In this document: positions 47,706 through 56,820 of the stretch, in pieces
Layout of the letters: the number at the start of each line of letters is the position of its first letter
Position numbering within the stretch: the stretch's first letter is position 1
NCBI GenBank assembly: GCA_964534845.1
Contig: CAZHPV010000006.1
Coordinates: 11,140 to 75,139 of the forward strand
From: an uncultured Caulobacterales bacterium
GTDB lineage: Bacteria; Pseudomonadota; Alphaproteobacteria; Caulobacterales; Maricaulaceae
Direction: 5' to 3'
Length of the DNA: 64,000 bases
Made by a program: the position numbers and the translations under genes
Notes under the pieces: generated by a model
Seen by the model: the letters and a program-made list of their open reading frames with translations, nothing else
What the model was told of the DNA's origin: nothing
Databases searched by the model: none

Positions 47706-48701
47706 CTAATTGAAGCCCCACAAGAAATTTAAACAGATCAATAGTGAGACTATATAAAAGCCAATCCAACGGTTTAATTTGAACAGACCCAAGGCATTTT
47801 TGCCTTCTTTATCCAGACTATACGCTATTGATAATAACAGGGCACATAAAAGAGCTATTAGGCCAAAGGCTGGTTTTAAGAGCTGTGTTCTCGCAAATTT
47901 CGACCAGAATCCCCCCTCGATACCCGGATTGGCCATCTGGATAATCTCAAGGCCTATTGCGCGGAAAAGTAGTGCTGTCATGACTATAAAACATATAGCG
48001 ACGGCTGGTCTGACATAAGCTCCGAACCTGCGGGCTGTGCTTTTAATGCCTATAAGGGCATCGTCCTCCTTGTCTTGACAGGCATAGACCGTATCATATC
48101 CCACAGTCCAGAAAATCAGTCCGGCATATAATATCAACACGGATTGGCTAATCGATGACGTCTTGATGGCATAGGCAACAAGCACGGCCCAGTTAAAGGT
48201 CAGGCCCAGCCAGATTTGTGGCCACCACGTTATGCGCTTCATAAAGGGATAGGCGGCGACGAGTGGGATGGCGCAAAGCGCTATAATTTGGGCTAATCGG
48301 GGTAAGCACAGCAGGACAGCGAGGCCGATAAAACACTGCGCAAACAGCCATATCCACGCTTGTTTTGTAGTGATTGTCCCAGCGGGTAAGGGTCGTAATG
48401 CCGTACGTGTGACTTGCCGGTCAAGGTCTTGGTCGACAATATCATTATAGGTGCAGCCCGCCCCGCGCATAGCAACCGCGCCGATAAATAAGAGCACAGC
48501 CCATTTTAAATCCGCACTTTCCAAACCCCGCGAAAGGCCAGCAAAAGCCAAGCCTATCCACCCCGGCAGAGCAAGCAGCCAATAGCCTATCGGTCGGTCT
48601 AGTCTTGAAAGTTGTAGGTAAGGCCGCCAGCTTTGAGGGGCGCGGTAAACCCAATGGCTTTTTTGGGCATCCTTTATAATATCAGAAGGTGAGGGCGACA
48701 T
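47706..48701 (-). CDS. ubiA: 4-hydroxybenzoate polyprenyltransferase
   Basis: 331-aa membrane protein with the NDIVDQDLD motif (NDxxDxxxD). Confidence 0.88.
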   Translation of the reverse strand: MSPSPSDIIKDAQKSHWVYRAPQSWRPYLQLSRLDRPIGYWLLALPGWIGLAFAGLSRGLESADLKWAVLLFIGAVAMRGAGCTYNDIVDQDLDRQVTRTALRPLPAGTITTKQAWIWLFAQCFIGLAVLLCLPRLAQIIALCAIPLVAAYPFMKRITWWPQIWLGLTFNWAVLVAYAIKTSSISQSVLILYAGLIFWTVGYDTVYACQDKEDDALIGIKSTARRFGAYVRPAVAICFIVMTALLFRAIGLEIIQMANPGIEGGFWSKFARTQLLKPAFGLIALLCALLLSIAYSLDKEGKNALGLFKLNRWIGFYIVSLLICLNFLWGFN

Positions 48702-48741
48702 AAGGGGTGATTAGCGCGAAAATAGACGCTATGAAAGCGAT

Positions 48742-49503
48742 ATGCGAGAAAATTATACCTTAACCCGCCTTTATGTGAACACCGATTTATCTCACCGTGT
48801 CGAGATCGCGCTGTCGAAAGCGCAGCAGCATTATTTATCCTCCGTTTTGCGTAAAAATGCGGGCGATAGGCTAAGAGTATTTAATGGCCGGGACGGGGAG
48901 TGGGAGGCAGAGCTTTCCAAGCTGACGCGTAAAGAGGCGGTTCTTACCTGTCTGGATAATTTGCGGCCGCAAATGACAGCGCCCGAAATAGCCCTTATCT
49001 TCGCGCCTGTGCGCAAACACAGAACCGCCTTTATCATTGAAAAAGCCACTGAGCTGGGTGTGACGACCCTCCAGCCTCTGATTACCGATCATACCCAGTT
49101 TTCACGCTTTAATCTTGAGAAAGCCCGCTTGCAATCCATTGAGGCGGCCGAGCAGACAGAGCGTATGGATGTGCCTCTTATTCGGCCCATTATAAAAAAT
49201 TTGGATGATCTTATGCAGATGTGGCCCAAGATCTATGCGGGACATAGTCTTGTTTTTGCCGATGAGGCTTTAGCGGGCGAACCCGCAGCCCAAAGCGCGA
49301 AAAACGTTTTGGAAACGCTTTCTGGGCCTTGCGCTTTATTGGTCGGGCCGGAAGGCGGGTTTTCAGTGCGTGAGCGCGACATTTTACAAGCTTGCGACTT
49401 TGTACAGACGGTCTCGCTCGGGCCGCGCATTTTGCGCGCTGATACAGCGGCACTCTCTTTATTGACGCTATGGCAAGCCCTAAAGGGTGACTGGACTGCC
49501 TGA
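48742..49503 (+). CDS. rsmE: 16S rRNA (uracil1498-N3)-methyltransferase
   Basis: 253 aa with LVGPEGGFSVRE and LGPRILRADTAAL. Confidence 0.88.
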   Translation: MRENYTLTRLYVNTDLSHRVEIALSKAQQHYLSSVLRKNAGDRLRVFNGRDGEWEAELSKLTRKEAVLTCLDNLRPQMTAPEIALIFAPVRKHRTAFIIEKATELGVTTLQPLITDHTQFSRFNLEKARLQSIEAAEQTERMDVPLIRPIIKNLDDLMQMWPKIYAGHSLVFADEALAGEPAAQSAKNVLETLSGPCALLVGPEGGFSVRERDILQACDFVQTVSLGPRILRADTAALSLLTLWQALKGDWTA

Positions 49504-49525
49504 TGGGCACTGACGCCCACTAATC

Positions 49526-50095
49526 CTATTTGGCTGACGAAATGGAGAGATCATAACGCTCTAAGGCCTCCAGCCAGTTCTGCTCAAAATACTCTCGGGC
49601 TTTTAGCCATTTCGGGCTGTCCCCAAATCCGGTTTGAAAAAGCCTGATACGTGTATGATCGCCTACAGGTACAAACCACATTTGCACCGATGTCATATGG
49701 TTGTTTATCCCCGTAATATGAGGCGGGACGGGCCAGGTAAACTGGATCATATGGCTTCCGGCTTTGCCCTTTTGTGTGGGCGTTTGCAGGCCTAAAATAT
49801 GGCCGGCTTCGCGCGGGGGTTTATCTTCCGTAGTCTTATTCGGTAGATACCCAATGTTAAAGTCACCGCCCGGCCGCAGGTCAATTTCAATATTATCTTC
49901 TATCCCGGAGTCCGAAAAATGACGGCCTATCCCGTCCGGCGTGGTCCAATCTGACCAGACTTCACTTACAGGGCGTTCCACAGTGGTTTCGGTGTAAATC
50001 ATGGGGCGAAGTTGAGCGTGAGCGGCCATATTATAGCTGGCGGCAAAGCATAGTCCTGCCAGATATAAAAAGATGATATAAAAGCGATCTTTCAA
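49526..50095 (-). CDS. Exported SRPBCC/AHSA1-like domain protein
   Basis: 189 aa with a signal peptide and the segment VERPVSEVWSDWTTPDGIGRHF. The assignment is weak. Confidence 0.55.
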   Translation of the reverse strand: MKDRFYIIFLYLAGLCFAASYNMAAHAQLRPMIYTETTVERPVSEVWSDWTTPDGIGRHFSDSGIEDNIEIDLRPGGDFNIGYLPNKTTEDKPPREAGHILGLQTPTQKGKAGSHMIQFTWPVPPHITGINNHMTSVQMWFVPVGDHTRIRLFQTGFGDSPKWLKAREYFEQNWLEALERYDLSISSAK

Positions 50096-50395
50096 ACCAG
50101 ACCTATTTCTTAGACAATCAATAATGTTGCGCCCTTTTGTGGTTCCTCGAGATTAGAGAGAATCTATCAAAGCCTCTATCACAGTTCGGGTTGAAGACAA
50201 AATGCGGCCCCCACGGGCAAGTTTTATCGCTAAATGCTGGACGGGTGAATCGGGCTGTGTTACCCCGCCGCTATGTTTGATTTGAATATATCCATATCAG
50301 GGCTGCGAATTATAGGCCCGACGCGCACCAGCTAAGATGATTGGACAGCGTGTCGGGAGTTTTAAGCCTTATTTTCAAACATATTCGAGACAGTT

Positions 50396-53386
50396 ATGAC
50401 CGAAACTAAACGCGATTACCGCGAAACTTTATTTTTACCCAAGACAGATTTTCCAATGCGGGCGGGCTTGCCCAAAAAGGAACCTGAATGGTTAGAGCGC
50501 TGGGCGCGTATTGGCCTTTATGAGCGCCAACGCGAACAGTCTAAGGGGCGCAAACCCTATATTCTGCATGACGGCCCACCTTACGCCAATGGTCACATCC
50601 ATATGGGCACGGCGCTTAATAAAATCCTCAAGGATATGATTAACCGCTCTCACCAAATGGCGGGATTTGACGCCAATTATGTCCCCGGTTGGGATTGCCA
50701 CGGCCTGCCGATTGAATGGAAGGTCGAGGAAGAATTTCGGTCCAAGGGCCGCACGAAAGACGATGTGCCGGGGTCTGAATTTCGTAAGCGGTGCCGCGAA
50801 TATGCGGGGGAGTGGCTGGATACACAACGCGAAGAATTTAAGCGCCTTGGCGTGGTCGGTGATTGGGATAATCCGTACAAGACGATGAACTTTCAAAGCG
50901 AAGCTGATATTTGCGGCGAGCTGTTGAAAATCGCCTCAACGGGTCAGCTTTACCGCGGCTCCAAACCCATTATGTGGTCCCCCGTCGAGCAGACGGCGTT
51001 GGCCGAAGCCGAGGTGGAATATAAGGATAGGAAGGCGACACAGATTTATGTGAAGTTTCCTGTGTCAGGCTTTTATAAAGGATTTTCTATACATGATTGG
51101 TCTGAAAGTGGCGAAAAAGAAGCTACCGATGCCATTCGAAATTCTAGCATACTTATTTGGACGACTACTCCATGGACAATACCGGCTAATCGTGCGGTGT
51201 CCTATTCAGAGGGTATTCGTTATTCCGTTTATAAGGTGAATGAACTTGAAGAGTCAGAGTTCGCTCCTTGGGCTAAGGTGGGTGAAAACTTCATAGCGGC
51301 CGAAGGATTATGGGAACAGATTGCGAAAGCAGGGCTCATTAAGTCATGGAGTCGCTTGGCGAGACTTTCACCTAGAAACTTGATTTTATCCCACCCCCTC
51401 AAAAACATGGAAGGGGCCGAAGGCAAATATGATTTCCCTGTGCCGCTTCTCGAAGGCTCTCACGTCACGGCTGATGCGGGTACGGGTTTTGTCCATACGG
51501 CGCCCAGCCATGGTGAGGATGATTATGTTGTCTGGATTTCTAATCAGAAAAAGCTAGAAGACTTAGGCCTTGACCCTGTTGTACCTATGACCCTCGATGA
51601 TGCGGGGTGTTACACCGATATTATGCCGAGTCGTTTTGAGGGCCTCGATGTTATCCGCACTTCTGGTAAGAAACGTGGCCAAGACGGCAAGGCGAACGGC
51701 GAAGTTTTGAAAGCGCTTGTTGAGTGCGGCAATCTTTTAGCGCGCGGTATGCTCACCTTGCGCGATGCCCATAGCTGGCGGTCTAAGGCCCCCGTTATTC
51801 GCCGCGCCACGCCGCAATGGTTTATCTCCATGTCAAAAGACGATCTTCGCGGAAAGGCGCTCACCGCCATTGAGAAGACTAAATTCTGGCCCGAGCGCGG
51901 GCGTAACCGTATTAACGCCATGGTGTCTGAGCGGCCTGACTGGCTGATCTCGCGCCAGCGGAATTGGGGCGTACCGATCACCTTAATTGTCGGTCCGAAC
52001 GGAGAGCTACATACTGAGCGCGGTGACGCAGATGCGATTAATGGACGTATCCTTGCCGCGGTCAAAGAGACGGGCGTGGACGGCTGGTTCGACACACCGC
52101 TTGAGGATTTCATGCCCGAGGATAATGCGGGCTGGGAGAAGGTCACAGATATTCTGGATGTCTGGTTTGATAGTGGTTCGACCCATGCCTTTTGCTTAAC
52201 CCGCCGTGAACTTGGCCATAAAGGCAAGGCGGAAAACTACCGGGCTGATCTCTATCTTGAAGGCTCGGACCAGCACCGCGGCTGGTTTCAATCCTCCTTG
52301 CTAGAGAGCTGCGCGGTTTACGGTGAAGCCCCGTTTGACGGAATTTTAACCCACGGATTTGTCGTTGATGAGAAGGGCTATAAAATGTCCAAATCCATGG
52401 GCAATACAATGAGCCCTGAGGATATTTCCAAACAATTTGGGGCCGAGATTATGCGTATCTGGACGGCGAGTTCGGACTGGGCGGATGATCTTAAAATCGG
52501 CCGCGAGATTATCCAGACTAATGTCGATGCCTATAGAAAGCTGCGCAATACACTGCGTTATATGATAGGCGCGCTGGACGGCTTTGATGAGAGCGAGCGC
52601 GTTGCGCGTGAGGATATGCCGGCTTTAGAACGCTGGGTGCTGCACCGCCTATCGGAACTTACCGACATGCATGGTAAAGCTGTACTGGATCACGACCATA
52701 AGGGTATTTTTAGCGCCCTGTTTAATTTTTGCACAGTCGATTTGTCAGCCTTTTATTTCGATATTCGCAAGGACGCGCTGTATTGTGACCCGGTAGATAG
52801 TCAGCGCAGACGGGCTTGCCGCACCGTCATGGACGAGATTTTCATTCGTTTGACCACATGGCTGGCCCCGATATTGTGCTTCACGTCTGAGGAAGTCTGG
52901 CAAGCTCGCTTTCCCAGCGCGGATGGTTCTGTGCATTTGGAGCTTTATCCTGACTGTCCTGAAAATTGGCGGGATGATAAGATCGCCGCGCATATAAAAG
53001 CCTTAAGAATTTTTCGTAACCGTGTCTCTGAAGCCATTGAACCCTTGCGCAAAGAGGGTCTTATTCGCTCCTCATTAGAAGCGCGTGTCACGGCCCCCGC
53101 CGAGGACGTTTTGCTCGCCGCGCTTTCATCCCTGTCCGTTTCGCGACAAGAAATTTATAAGGACCCGAAAAACCCGCTGGATAATCTCGCGGATTATTTG
53201 ATCGTAAGTGATGTGACCCTAAGTCAAAAGGCAAAGGATATTTCTATTTCTGATCTTAAAGCCGAGACGGGATTTGCCAAATGTGAACGCTCTTGGAAAT
53301 ATTTCAAGGCTCCAAAAGGATATGAAAGCGATATCACCCCGCGCGACGCCGCCGCCGTAGCTCTATGGGAGGCTAAAAATGGCTAA
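50396..53386 (+). CDS. ileS: Isoleucine-tRNA ligase
   Basis: 996 aa with the HIGH-type motif PPYANGHIHMGTA, the KMSKS motif and a CP1 editing domain. Confidence 0.97.
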   Translation: MTETKRDYRETLFLPKTDFPMRAGLPKKEPEWLERWARIGLYERQREQSKGRKPYILHDGPPYANGHIHMGTALNKILKDMINRSHQMAGFDANYVPGWDCHGLPIEWKVEEEFRSKGRTKDDVPGSEFRKRCREYAGEWLDTQREEFKRLGVVGDWDNPYKTMNFQSEADICGELLKIASTGQLYRGSKPIMWSPVEQTALAEAEVEYKDRKATQIYVKFPVSGFYKGFSIHDWSESGEKEATDAIRNSSILIWTTTPWTIPANRAVSYSEGIRYSVYKVNELEESEFAPWAKVGENFIAAEGLWEQIAKAGLIKSWSRLARLSPRNLILSHPLKNMEGAEGKYDFPVPLLEGSHVTADAGTGFVHTAPSHGEDDYVVWISNQKKLEDLGLDPVVPMTLDDAGCYTDIMPSRFEGLDVIRTSGKKRGQDGKANGEVLKALVECGNLLARGMLTLRDAHSWRSKAPVIRRATPQWFISMSKDDLRGKALTAIEKTKFWPERGRNRINAMVSERPDWLISRQRNWGVPITLIVGPNGELHTERGDADAINGRILAAVKETGVDGWFDTPLEDFMPEDNAGWEKVTDILDVWFDSGSTHAFCLTRRELGHKGKAENYRADLYLEGSDQHRGWFQSSLLESCAVYGEAPFDGILTHGFVVDEKGYKMSKSMGNTMSPEDISKQFGAEIMRIWTASSDWADDLKIGREIIQTNVDAYRKLRNTLRYMIGALDGFDESERVAREDMPALERWVLHRLSELTDMHGKAVLDHDHKGIFSALFNFCTVDLSAFYFDIRKDALYCDPVDSQRRRACRTVMDEIFIRLTTWLAPILCFTSEEVWQARFPSADGSVHLELYPDCPENWRDDKIAAHIKALRIFRNRVSEAIEPLRKEGLIRSSLEARVTAPAEDVLLAALSSLSVSRQEIYKDPKNPLDNLADYLIVSDVTLSQKAKDISISDLKAETGFAKCERSWKYFKAPKGYESDITPRDAAAVALWEAKNG

Positions 53387-53915
53387 GGCCGAACAGGGTT
53401 TGTTTAAAGGGTTTTGGGTTTTTGCCCTTATCATACCCGGCATTATTATTGCCGTTGATCAGCTCACCAAATATTGGGCAATCAATTTTTTTAAAGCGCC
53501 GCTCAATATTTGTGAAATAAATCCCCACCCCGGTCTGTTTTATGATTTTAGCCCTATAGTCGATTTATCCCTTGTCTGTAATCAGGGGATAAGTTGGGGG
53601 CTACTGCAAGGCGATAGCTCCCTTAAGCGCTGGGCGCTTACGCTTTTTGCCGCGATTATGTGCTGCGTGTTAATTTACGTTCTAACCAAGTCAAAGGATT
53701 GGCTAAACCGAACCTCTATCGCGCTTATCATTGGAGGGGCTATTGGCAATGGGATTGACCGTGCGTTATTTGGCGCAGTGACGGATTTTATCAATTTTTC
53801 AGATATTGGCTTCCGGTGGGTTTTCAACGTCGCCGATAGCGCGATTAGTGTCGGCGTCGTTGGCCTTATTCTCGCGAGTTTTATTTATAAGGATGAGGCA
53901 CAAATAGGCTCGTGA
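53379..53915 (+). CDS. lspA: Lipoprotein signal peptidase II
   Basis: 178 aa with GNGIDR and FNVADSAI. It overlaps ileS by 8 nt. Confidence 0.92.
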   Translation: MAKAEQGLFKGFWVFALIIPGIIIAVDQLTKYWAINFFKAPLNICEINPHPGLFYDFSPIVDLSLVCNQGISWGLLQGDSSLKRWALTLFAAIMCCVLIYVLTKSKDWLNRTSIALIIGGAIGNGIDRALFGAVTDFINFSDIGFRWVFNVADSAISVGVVGLILASFIYKDEAQIGS

Positions 53916-53950
53916 CTTCAAAAGTCTCTCTTGACGTAGACGCCTAGAGC

Positions 53951-54775
53951 CTAGCAGCTATGGCTTGGTAGTTTTAGAATTTGCCCGACATCCAGCTTGG
54001 TAGGGTCGGTTATACGATTGAGATGGCTTAAGATTGGCACAGTCGTACAATTGTTTTTGGCGATACGATAGAGGTTATCTCCGGGACGAACCTCGTAAAA
54101 ATCACCCAAAGAGCCTGAACCCGAAAAGCTGACAGCGTTGGAAAAGCCATCAGCGCCCGAAACATCAACAGAACGGATAACATCATCACGGCTCACGACG
54201 GAACGTGCAGCGGTCGGGATGGCGCTTGGCTGCGTTAAAATCGGCGTTGTAGCGGGCTCATGGGATAAGCTACTAAAACTGGCGGGCTGGCTCGACGGTC
54301 TTTCAAAGTGGGTAACGGTTTGCGATTGTGGCTGAGTGGTTACAAAAGCCGGAAGGCTACGTTGTTGGGGGAGGGTTGTATAAGAGGTTGCCGATGTATG
54401 ACTAGCAAATCTTAAGCCCCTTGCTGCGAAATATTCTTTGCAATCAATCATGCGGTCTTCAATGACTTTCCGGCTCACGCCGTCATCTTCGGTAACGAGT
54501 AGGCGCGCTTTGTCATTGCGCGGATTATCATCGGCTACGCGTGCGCGCATTTCGGCATTGTCACACAGAAGGGGAGCTTGGGCATCATAGGCTTTGGTAA
54601 TATGCGAGGCCTGGATAGCTGAGGCGGGTTTGGGGGCCTCCCGCACGATTTGCACTGTCGGGACATCTTTATTGACAGAAGCACATCCTGAAAGACCCAA
54701 TAAAATTGTTCCGCTAACCAGCATTAGACAAACATTTTTTTGGCCAGATAAGATCCGTGACGTAATTTTAGGCAT
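53951..54775 (-). CDS. LysM-domain lipoprotein
   Basis: Lipobox LGLSGC and a C-terminal LysM domain (YEVRPGDNLYRIAKNN...LDVGQILKLP). Confidence 0.75.
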   Translation of the reverse strand: MPKITSRILSGQKNVCLMLVSGTILLGLSGCASVNKDVPTVQIVREAPKPASAIQASHITKAYDAQAPLLCDNAEMRARVADDNPRNDKARLLVTEDDGVSRKVIEDRMIDCKEYFAARGLRFASHTSATSYTTLPQQRSLPAFVTTQPQSQTVTHFERPSSQPASFSSLSHEPATTPILTQPSAIPTAARSVVSRDDVIRSVDVSGADGFSNAVSFSGSGSLGDFYEVRPGDNLYRIAKNNCTTVPILSHLNRITDPTKLDVGQILKLPSHSC

Positions 54776-54897
54776 GCTTCTTCTCCCGAGTCAGCTAAAG
54801 GTCTAATATTATGGCTAATAAAGTGTTAAATCCGTGATGTCTGATGTCGACATTTTCATAGACATTGAAATTGCCTCCACTATCGGCATATTAGGCC

Positions 54898-55317
54898 ATG
54901 CTTGAGATTACACCTCATATTTCCATCGACTTATCAGAGATCGATATACGGGCCGTTCGGGCGCAAGGCCCGGGTGGACAAAATGTCAATAAGGTCTCTA
55001 CGGCCGTGCATTTGCGCTTTGATGTCAATGCCTCCAGCTTATCACAAGCTCATAAGGCCCGCATTCTGGCCTTAAAGGATAAACGTCTTACGCGTTCAGG
55101 CGTTATTATTATAAAAGCGCAAAATCACCGCACCCAGATCCGTAATCGCGAAGAGGCGCTAAAGCGCTTGCAAGATGTATTGGCGGTTGCTTTAAAACGA
55201 CGAAAGTTCCGTGTTCCGACACAACCGACTTATAGTGCGAAACAGGAGAGGCTTAAAACGAAAACCAAGCGCGGGGCTTTAAAATCCACACGCGGGAAAG
55301 TACGGGACTTCGAGTAA
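54898..55317 (+). CDS. arfB: Alternative ribosome-rescue factor ArfB (peptidyl-tRNA hydrolase, GGQ)
   Basis: 139 aa with GPGGQNVNKVSTAV and a basic C-terminal tail. Confidence 0.9.
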   Translation: MLEITPHISIDLSEIDIRAVRAQGPGGQNVNKVSTAVHLRFDVNASSLSQAHKARILALKDKRLTRSGVIIIKAQNHRTQIRNREEALKRLQDVLAVALKRRKFRVPTQPTYSAKQERLKTKTKRGALKSTRGKVRDFE

Positions 55318-55343
55318 AGCTGGAACGCCTGATAATAAGCCAT

Positions 55344-55370
55344 AAAAAAAGCCCGCTATGAAAGCGGGCT
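55344..55370 (-). terminator. Intrinsic terminator of the RGF-repeat gene
   Basis: Stem AGCCCGC/GCGGGCT with a 7-nt loop. The A7 run on the plus strand is a U-tract on the minus strand. Confidence 0.8.
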
Positions 55371-55404
55371 GAGGTTGGGGGGAAGGAATGTAATGAGGTC
55401 GGGG

Positions 55405-55821
55405 TTAGAAACCTTTTATGAATATGCCTTTTTTGTGGAAGGTTTTACCAAATCCGCCGCCAAATCCAGAGTGAATTCCGCGGTTAAATCCGCGGTTGAA
55501 GCCACGACTGCCAAATCCGCGGTTAAATCCACGACTTCTAAAACCACGGTTAAAGCTCCGGCTTTTAAACCCGCGGTTAAAACCTCTAGACCGAAATCCT
55601 CTACGATGGGAGAGACTTGCCAATGAAACCACTTCTGCGCTTTCATCAATTTCTACCGTGCTTAACGCTGCCAAATTGGCAGGGCTTGAAACGGATGCTA
55701 TGCTAAAGCTTTGTGACGGCGCTGTGGGTGTTACGGCGGCATTAGCTGTGGTGCCAAGAGCGGCACTGAGAGTAATAGCGGCTAAAGTTGTTAGCAGTGT
55801 TGATTTTACAGTCTTAAACAT
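55405..55821 (-). CDS. Exported protein with a C-terminal Arg-Gly-Phe (RGF) repeat tail
   Basis: 138 aa with an AGGAG Shine-Dalgarno sequence and the signal peptide ...TTANA. The tail is RRGFRSRGFNRGFKSRSFNRGFRSRGFNRGFGSRGFNRGFNRG...KGF*. Confidence 0.7.
   Translation of the reverse strand: MFKTVKSTLLTTLAAITLSAALGTTANAAVTPTAPSQSFSIASVSSPANLAALSTVEIDESAEVVSLASLSHRRGFRSRGFNRGFKSRSFNRGFRSRGFNRGFGSRGFNRGFNRGIHSGFGGGFGKTFHKKGIFIKGF
55408..55605 (-). repeat. Coding low-complexity repeat (RGFN/RGFRS units)
   Basis: Reiterated ggttaaatccgcg-like units on the plus strand. These generate the spurious antisense ORFs in the track. Confidence 0.8.
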
Positions 55822-56000
55822 TTTGAACTCCTATGGGTTCGTTGGTGATGACTCCTATATAGGTCATTGCGGACTGTTTGACTAAACACGCTCGTTCAGT
55901 GATACGTGATGAAATGGTCGAACTTTCTCTCCTTTTTGTGATGTGGCAGAGAGCGGCGCCCCCGCTGAACTTATGCCGCATTTATAAGACCGGGTGAGTC

Positions 56001-56029
56001 AAAAAAAACCCGCTTAAAGCGGGCCTTTT
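56001..56029 (-). terminator. Intrinsic terminator (bidirectional-looking) after the glycine-zipper gene
   Basis: A8 run, then CCCGC-TTAAA-GCGGG, then CC and a T4 run. Confidence 0.6.
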
Positions 56030-56067
56030 GAACTCTGATTTATGATTTTCTGGTGGTGTTTAAGAGC

Positions 56068-56592
56068 CTAAAATCTGCGGCTGATAAAACCCGGTGTGTT
56101 AAATCCGCGACTTCTAAACCCGCGACCTCTAAATCCGCCAAGGCCGTGCAATGTGCTGAAGCCGTGGCCACTATTTCCAAATCTGCTATCGTAATACGGG
56201 TCATAGTCGATGGATGTCTGGCCGAATTGACGGGAGCTAAATCGTTTGGATTGAAAGCTGTCTACTCTTGATTTGCTGGCATTATCTGCGATTGAAAATC
56301 CTGTTATGCCGCCTATGAGGGCACCAATAATAGCGCCTTCGCCGCGTGCATTGCGTCCGGCAATTTGCGAGCCAATCAAGCCGCCGGCCGTTGCACCGAC
56401 CACGCCGCCAACAAGTCCGTCATTATTACGCTGTGTTGCGATTTGTCTATTATTTAGGCTTTGCGCGGAAATAATAGTGTTCGAGGCGGTGTTAAGCTGA
56501 ACGGGGCTTTGGGCATAGGCTTGCGGAGCGATACCGGAGATAAGGACTAGGCCTGCTAAGCTCATAAGGGCGGGGGTTAATTTCTTAAACAT
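56068..56592 (-). CDS. Exported glycine-zipper (Rick_17kDa/SlyB-like) protein with an RGF tail
   Basis: 174 aa from the ATG at 56592. Signal peptide ...PQAYAQ, glycine zipper GGVVGATAGGLIGSQIAG...GAIIGALIGGITG, and the tail GGFRGRGFRSRGFNTPGFISRRF*. Confidence 0.75.
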   Translation of the reverse strand: MFKKLTPALMSLAGLVLISGIAPQAYAQSPVQLNTASNTIISAQSLNNRQIATQRNNDGLVGGVVGATAGGLIGSQIAGRNARGEGAIIGALIGGITGFSIADNASKSRVDSFQSKRFSSRQFGQTSIDYDPYYDSRFGNSGHGFSTLHGLGGFRGRGFRSRGFNTPGFISRRF

Positions 56593-56820
56593 GATAAACT
56601 CTCTTCTTCGTCGTTGTGTTGATTTAACATTAGGACCCAAGCTCCGTTTAGTCGAAACACGTCGGTTCAGAGAATTGTGAGAAAATCATCCGCTTTGTGC
56701 ACGGTTTTGTGAGCTTGGTGTTAGCTCTATTTTGGAAATTTTCAGGCTTAGGGCTTGCTTTTCTGTGCGCCGCGCCGCATATCCCGACCCGAAATCAACC
56801 CCTTTTTTCGGAGTGCGGAA

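Noticed and set aside
50096-50395. Possible T-box, riboswitch or leader element upstream of ileS
   Set aside because: I could find no specifier or T-box motifs, no terminator/antiterminator pair and no recognisable riboswitch core.
55375-55885. ORFs 55375-55626 (+), 55496-55885 (+) and 55416-55649 (-) overlapping the RGF gene
   Set aside because: They are repeat-driven open frames. Only the minus-strand frame has a Shine-Dalgarno sequence, a signal peptide and a downstream terminator.
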